A stretch of DNA of 32,000 nucleotides from contig OY970071.1 in NCBI GenBank assembly GCA_963705375.1, positions 300,001 to 332,000 of the forward strand, written 5' to 3'. Of the stretch, positions 31,095 to 32,000 are shown piece by piece (position 1 is the first letter of the stretch; each line of letters starts with the position of its first letter). The notes below the pieces were generated by a model, which was not told where the DNA came from, did not search any database, and saw only the letters and a list, made by a program, of their open reading frames with translations. Source of the stretch: Candidatus Saccharimonadota bacterium (GTDB lineage Archaea > Micrarchaeota > Micrarchaeia > Micrarchaeales > Micrarchaeaceae). A program made the translations under genes and the position numbers.

Positions 31095-32000
31095 ATCTCT
31101 ATGCGCACGCTCTTGTCCTTGAGATCCACAGCCAATATCCTTATTCCTTGCGCAACGGCTTGCACATCCTCTTTTGTTGCATGCCTGTTCTGTTTTAGGA
31201 AGTCTATGATCGCATTTATTCGGTGCATATCGCCCAATATAAGACGCGCACAAGCGGAAAGTTCTTTGCTTTCAGTTTCTATCTGCACAAGGTGAGAGCG
31301 CTGCTTCTCGATGCTCTTCTCGAGCTCGAGAGACTCACGGCTCTCCTTAACCTCTTGCACAACCTGCTGGTTGTAGAATGTATCTAGTAGATTTTGGAAC
31401 GATTGCGCATTCTGAACAGGCAGCGCATCATATTTCTTAATGCCGCACAGAGAAAAATCAACCAGTGCACCGTCTTTCGAGTAAAGCGTCAGCATTCGGG
31501 AGTTTATGCATTCGTTAATCACGCCGTTCACTTGCACTTCAAGCCTATTGAAAGCGCGTGCGTCCACATCCTTGACTTTTGAAGCAGGATCCACTTCCGC
31601 CCTCGCCAGTGCCTCTTCGACATAGAGCCTGCCGATACCAACTGCGCTGGCCAATGCGGACAGCACGTCCGAATCGCGCATGTATCCGTTCTGCACGTTC
31701 TTGATCGCAGTATTGACTCGAGCTATCCCGAACGCGTCGATGCCAGCACCTGAAGGCGGTTTGTATGTGGCACCGACCCTCACTGACCGGTCCTTGAAGT
31801 CGTGGGATATGTACGCAAGCGTTATCCGCATATTTCCGTCAGCAAGTATGAAGTTGCCCCTGCCAAAGAGCTCTATTATCGCTTCGCTCTTCGCGTCGCC
31901 ATTCCTGAGCTTTATGAGCACTATCCTGTCGCAGTTCAGCTGCTCGACGCTTTCTATGACCGAGTCTTCAATGCGCTTCCTTGCAGCCGCTGCAAAGCCG
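31091..32000 (-). CDS. NFACT-N domain protein (RqcH/Rqc2/FbpA-like), 5'-partial, lacking the NFACT-R half
   Basis: The frame is open to the window edge (..[31 protein letters not shown]..). It matches my recollection of RqcH: [33 protein letters not shown] vs EIMGRHSNIILTD, and R.V..G..YKPP. An HhH-like [19 protein letters not shown] and a coiled-coil follow. It ends at the position where canonical proteins continue into the second coiled-coil helix and NFACT-R. Confidence 0.75.
   Translation of the reverse strand, partial: [302 protein letters not shown]

Noticed and set aside
30189-31253. ORF-track 5' extensions: rnz to 31253, 28070-28558, 18525 start of the anchored surface protein, 6965 TTG start of the membrane protein, 25483 TTG start of GT4, 29173 TTG start of Nudix.
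   Set aside because: The extensions overlap upstream genes or promoter boxes and add non-homologous, low-complexity N-termini. Internal ATG/GTG starts fit the family N-termini and TATA spacing better.
1-32000. CRISPR arrays, rRNA genes, IS elements and transposases.
   Set aside because: No regularly spaced direct repeats, no rRNA-like conserved stretches, and no DDE/integrase-like ORFs or terminal inverted repeats were seen on either strand.

Overview
Archaeal chromosomal segment. Evidence for archaeal origin: a TFB gene, AT-rich BRE/TATA-like boxes about 26-34 nt upstream of many start codons (mostly leaderless or short-leader genes, a few with GGTG-type Shine-Dalgarno sites), oligo-T terminators, and surface proteins dense in N-x-S/T sequons. 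All calls rest on motifs I recognise in the translated ORFs; no database search was run. Confident housekeeping genes: inorganic pyrophosphatase, TFB, an ABC-2 exporter pair, a pentapeptide-repeat protein, a divergent NRAMP-family transporter, the TldD/PmbA protease pair, a GT4 glycosyltransferase plus an SDR sugar epimerase/dehydratase, a Nudix hydrolase, tRNA-Val(GAC), RNase Z, and the N-terminal half of an NFACT (RqcH/Rqc2-like) protein running off the right edge. Other recognisable genes: a DUF3795-like Cys-rich protein, an ICMT-family methyltransferase, a flavodoxin-like protein and a large polytopic membrane protein. Accessory or orphan content: (i) 1-3.5 kb holds orphan genes, including an HExxH protein and a 48-nt tandem-repeat gene. 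(ii) 15.9-19.8 kb is a two-gene cell-surface cluster: an unanchored YVTN beta-propeller/Ig-like protein and a C-terminally anchored Thr-rich partner. (iii) 20.0-22.6 kb holds two tandem paralogous ~40-residue alpha-helical repeat proteins of unknown family. (iv) 27.7-30.0 kb is a minus-strand module next to tRNA-Val. It has two small orphans driven by a duplicated 50-nt promoter cassette, one ending ..LAGG-RK, plus a Nudix hydrolase and a protein with an Rpn11-like JAMM signature carrying an insertion. Module (iv) is my best candidate for an undescribed system (speculative Ubl-precursor/JAMM pairing), but the evidence is motif-level only. No CRISPR array, integrase, transposase or rRNA was seen.
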